Virus record (IMG/VR): IMGVR_UViG_3300027777_000004
Coordinates: 1-58,499 of that record
Reading direction: 5' to 3' (one strand)
DNA from: a virus
Lineage: Duplodnaviria; Caudoviricetes
Length of the DNA stretch: 58,499 nt
Position numbers and translations under genes: made by a program. Shown here in pieces: positions 55,973 through 58,499 of the stretch (its first letter is position 1; every line of letters begins with the position of its first letter). Below the pieces are notes generated by a model. That model saw only the letters and a list, made by a program, of their open reading frames with translations, did not search any database and was not told the DNA's origin.

Positions 55973-56523
55973 GCAAACACAGGAAACAAAATAAACGGCG
56001 ACACAACCTTTGGGCTAGGTATCGACTGACACCCGAAGCCCATGCCGAGCTTGTGCGTCGAGCGAATGGACGGTGTGAAATCTGCGGTGCCCCCGGTAAC
56101 TGCGTTGACCATTGTCATGAGAGCAGGCAGGTGCGGGGCTGGCTGTGCAAGTCTTGCAACTGTGCGTTGGCCCGGTTTGGCGACACCATCGGCGGGTTAC
56201 TCAAAGCCCTTAAATACCTAAAGAAACATGATCGAAATACCCGCAGCAGTGCTAAGAGCAGGGCCCGAAGTCGTGCAGTTCTACGTGAAATTACTATCAC
56301 GGGGAGAAACACAGCTATGGGCCGAGATGTGCGCCCTCCAGCAGCCTCCGGGCCTCAAGGGGACAGACCGCTCCTACATGCAGGGCCGTCTAAACAACCA
56401 GCAGTTGGACAACATGGCCCCAGTGCAGGCCCAGAGCCTTCTTGCTCAAGCCCGCCGAGCCGGGATCAGCACCAGCGGGAAATACTACGCCGGGGGGCTG
56501 GCAGACAAGCGGGGGGCCGCTGA
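55969..56523 (+). CDS. Recombination endonuclease VII-like (HNH) protein
   Basis: YRLT...CEICG...VDHCHESRQVRGWLCKSCNCALARFGD. Confidence 0.85.
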   Translation: MSKHRKQNKRRHNLWARYRLTPEAHAELVRRANGRCEICGAPGNCVDHCHESRQVRGWLCKSCNCALARFGDTIGGLLKALKYLKKHDRNTRSSAKSRARSRAVLREITITGRNTAMGRDVRPPAASGPQGDRPLLHAGPSKQPAVGQHGPSAGPEPSCSSPPSRDQHQREILRRGAGRQAGGR

Positions 56524-56758
56524 TCCGGCGGCGTGGGTGGACTCTGTGGCCGATGTGAAGAAGGTTGCTGAGATGCGCAATCTGACAGTGTCGGGGGCAG
56601 TCGAGCATGAAGGACGCCCCCAGCCCCGCCCGCATGTCGCACTAAGTGAGCGGGCTACTCGACAAATGATGCAGCGGGAGCGGGCCAATCATCCAAATAT
56701 GAAGGTAGGCGAGCTGCGCGAGCTTGTCGTTGCCAAGTATGGCCGCAAGAAAAAGTAG
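56228..56758 (+). CDS. Conserved hypothetical virion-region protein
   Basis: 176 aa; DPAAWVDS motif; precedes the adaptor. Confidence 0.6.
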   Translation: MIEIPAAVLRAGPEVVQFYVKLLSRGETQLWAEMCALQQPPGLKGTDRSYMQGRLNNQQLDNMAPVQAQSLLAQARRAGISTSGKYYAGGLADKRGAADPAAWVDSVADVKKVAEMRNLTVSGAVEHEGRPQPRPHVALSERATRQMMQRERANHPNMKVGELRELVVAKYGRKKK

Positions 56759-56767
56759 GCATTTGCC

Positions 56768-57901
56768 ATGTGGACAGCCCAAGATGTCGTTGATTACCTC
56801 CTGACCACCACTGGTGGCGGTGCCCAAGACGGCGAGCATCGGGCCATCCGGCAGGCCGCTATCCATGGTATTCGGGATGTGTTGCAGTGCCGGGAGTGGC
56901 TCTGGCACACCAAGACGGGCTGGCTCCAGACCTATTTCCTTACCACCACGGCCACATTCACAGCAGGCAACAAGACGATTACGGTCGCTAGCTCTGCTGG
57001 ATTCGTGGCAGGGCGGGTTCTAGCGTTTCAGCCCGGGTACTGGAACGTCACGCCTCGCGTAGTGTCGGTGGTTGATGCCACGACCATCACAGTAGACGCC
57101 GCCCCCGTAGCCAACGGGACAGGTGTCACAGTGCAGGCTCAGACGTTCTACGATCTGCCCTACAACCTGCGCAGCATCGACTCCCTCATCAGCGACACGG
57201 CTGGCATGCTGCACTGCTACATCACGCCGCAGCAGTGGCTCCAGCTTCAAGTCAACACCAAGGGTTCCTCGGAGCCCTATTACTACACCATCATGCGAAG
57301 CGACACCGATCCAGACAACTGGCAGGTGCGGTTCGTAGGCGTCCCGGCCAACGGCACCATACTCCACTACACATTTAGATATACGCCGCAGCCCATGAAA
57401 TACATGGGGTTCGAGGGCATCTGCCGCCAAGGGACGGTGACAACGACGGGAACCTCTACTGTCACGGGTACGGGAACAGCATTTCCTACGGACTTTGCCG
57501 GGGCCGTCATCCGCTTTGGCAGTGCCTCTAGCCCCGCCGACTCTATCGGCTCGACGACGCCATACGCATACGAACAGAAGATTGTCACCGTTACTAACGG
57601 TACGAGTTTGACTATGGCGGCTACCGTCCCGGCCCTCACCGGAGTTAAGTATTCCGTCAGCGACTTGATCGACGCTAGCCCCACTATGTATACGGCCATC
57701 CTGTCGAGCGCGGAGATGTGGTACGCCCGCATCACCGGCAAATCAGCCGCCGATGCTATCGCTCTATACAACAAGGATTTGCGGCGGGCCCTCGAAGATG
57801 ACGTTGTCTCGCCGCTGTCGGGCAGGCCGCGAGGCTTTGCCTATCCTACGCCCAGAAGCATGGGCTACCGTTCCGCACTTCTCAATGATATTGGCGGGTG
57901 A
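56768..57901 (+). CDS. Head-tail adaptor (tail tubular protein A-like) with inserted beta domains
   Basis: Position before the nozzle; WLW...YDLPYNLRSIDSL, PYYY, helical C-terminus. Confidence 0.6.
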   Translation: MWTAQDVVDYLLTTTGGGAQDGEHRAIRQAAIHGIRDVLQCREWLWHTKTGWLQTYFLTTTATFTAGNKTITVASSAGFVAGRVLAFQPGYWNVTPRVVSVVDATTITVDAAPVANGTGVTVQAQTFYDLPYNLRSIDSLISDTAGMLHCYITPQQWLQLQVNTKGSSEPYYYTIMRSDTDPDNWQVRFVGVPANGTILHYTFRYTPQPMKYMGFEGICRQGTVTTTGTSTVTGTGTAFPTDFAGAVIRFGSASSPADSIGSTTPYAYEQKIVTVTNGTSLTMAATVPALTGVKYSVSDLIDASPTMYTAILSSAEMWYARITGKSAADAIALYNKDLRRALEDDVVSPLSGRPRGFAYPTPRSMGYRSALLNDIGG

Positions 57902-57903
57902 TA

Positions 57904-58499
57904 ATGCGACATAATGAATGGAAGGGGCTCATCACGGCGGCTAGCCCGTATGTCCTGCCCTCGGGTGTCACTGCCGAACAGTGGAACCTCCAATGCCGCA
58001 AGGCGGGCCAACTCACTAGCCGCCCCGGCTTGGGCGAAGTGGTGGTCGATGTCGCCACCGACGCGCCGATCTATTCCATCTTTCGGCTCACCTACGGCTC
58101 GGGCAAGCAGGAAAATCTGATTGTCTGGCGAAACGGTACGAGTGGCACGTACACACTCGACCTATTCACGCCCGACGCCACCTATACCAACTCGGAGTGG
58201 AGCTACACGACGCTCGCAGCGTTGACGGCCCTACCGGCAAGCAGGCCGTCCATCACCCAAGACCGAAATGGGTACATCTACGCATTCTTCGGGCACGGCA
58301 ATGCACCCGTCATGTATCGCCCTGGCGTTGATGCCGCAGCCAGCCCGATAGGACTCGCAGCCCCCACCGTCGCTCCCTCTGTCACGCCCTCGGGAAACGG
58401 GTACTTCATCGAAAGGGTAGACGTTCTCTCGGGAGGCGGGAGCTACTGGAAAAGCCCGACGTTAGTTGTGTCGGGCGGCAGTCCATTGAAGTCTGCCCA
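57904..58499 (+). CDS. 5' part of the nozzle protein (continues into 1-4321)
   Basis: MRHNEWKGLITAASPY...NLQCRKAGQLTSRPG; open to the end of the window and in frame with ORF 68..4321. Confidence 0.8.
   Translation, partial: MRHNEWKGLITAASPYVLPSGVTAEQWNLQCRKAGQLTSRPGLGEVVVDVATDAPIYSIFRLTYGSGKQENLIVWRNGTSGTYTLDLFTPDATYTNSEWSYTTLAALTALPASRPSITQDRNGYIYAFFGHGNAPVMYRPGVDAAASPIGLAAPTVAPSVTPSGNGYFIERVDVLSGGGSYWKSPTLVVSGGSPLKSA

Noticed and set aside
1-58400. Stop-codon reassignment suggested by abundant CTAG/TAG
   Set aside because: The standard code already gives dense, intact, coupled genes, TAG ends many genes at sensible positions, and no suppressor tRNA is present
58401-58499. 99-bp terminal direct repeat as a biological DTR
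   Set aside because: It falls in the middle of a gene and its length matches a typical assembler k-mer overlap; it indicates circularity only

Overview
The window is a complete, circularly assembled dsDNA tailed-phage genome of about 58,400 bp: bases 58401-58499 repeat bases 1-99, and one gene runs in frame across the junction. It looks temperate and podovirus-like. The host is unknown; Planctomycetota is my inference from the style of several small proteins. Modules: (i) a rightward virion region (45.9-58.5 kb, continuing into 1-20 kb) with scaffold, major capsid, TerS/TerL, portal, Endo VII, adaptor, nozzle, Fn3/LamG fibres and putative ejection proteins; (ii) a tyrosine integrase beside a tRNA-Gly(CCC)-derived attP; (iii) a recombination/replication operon (PD-(D/E)XK exonuclease, ERF-like protein, SF2 helicase, HNH, Holliday-junction resolvase) with no recognisable polymerase or primase; (iv) a membrane-protein plus papain-like protease cassette and a sigma-70-family factor; (v) a leftward early/accessory region (31.6-42.7 kb) ending in a serine recombinase and containing a MoxR ATPase/VWA-metallopeptidase module and very acidic proteins. 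The most striking unexplained signals are: a family of 6-7 oriented hairpin + G-rich elements (CCCC-GAA-GGGG-T-GGGGGCGAGGGG followed by a variable stem-loop) heading the early gene cassettes; an attP inside the reading frame of the first replication gene; an intact tRNA-Thr nested in frame within a translationally coupled CDS; a tRNA-like RNA with a non-canonical core; and a nested ~180-nt structured non-coding element after the helicase. All calls come from reading the sequence by eye; no database searches were run.
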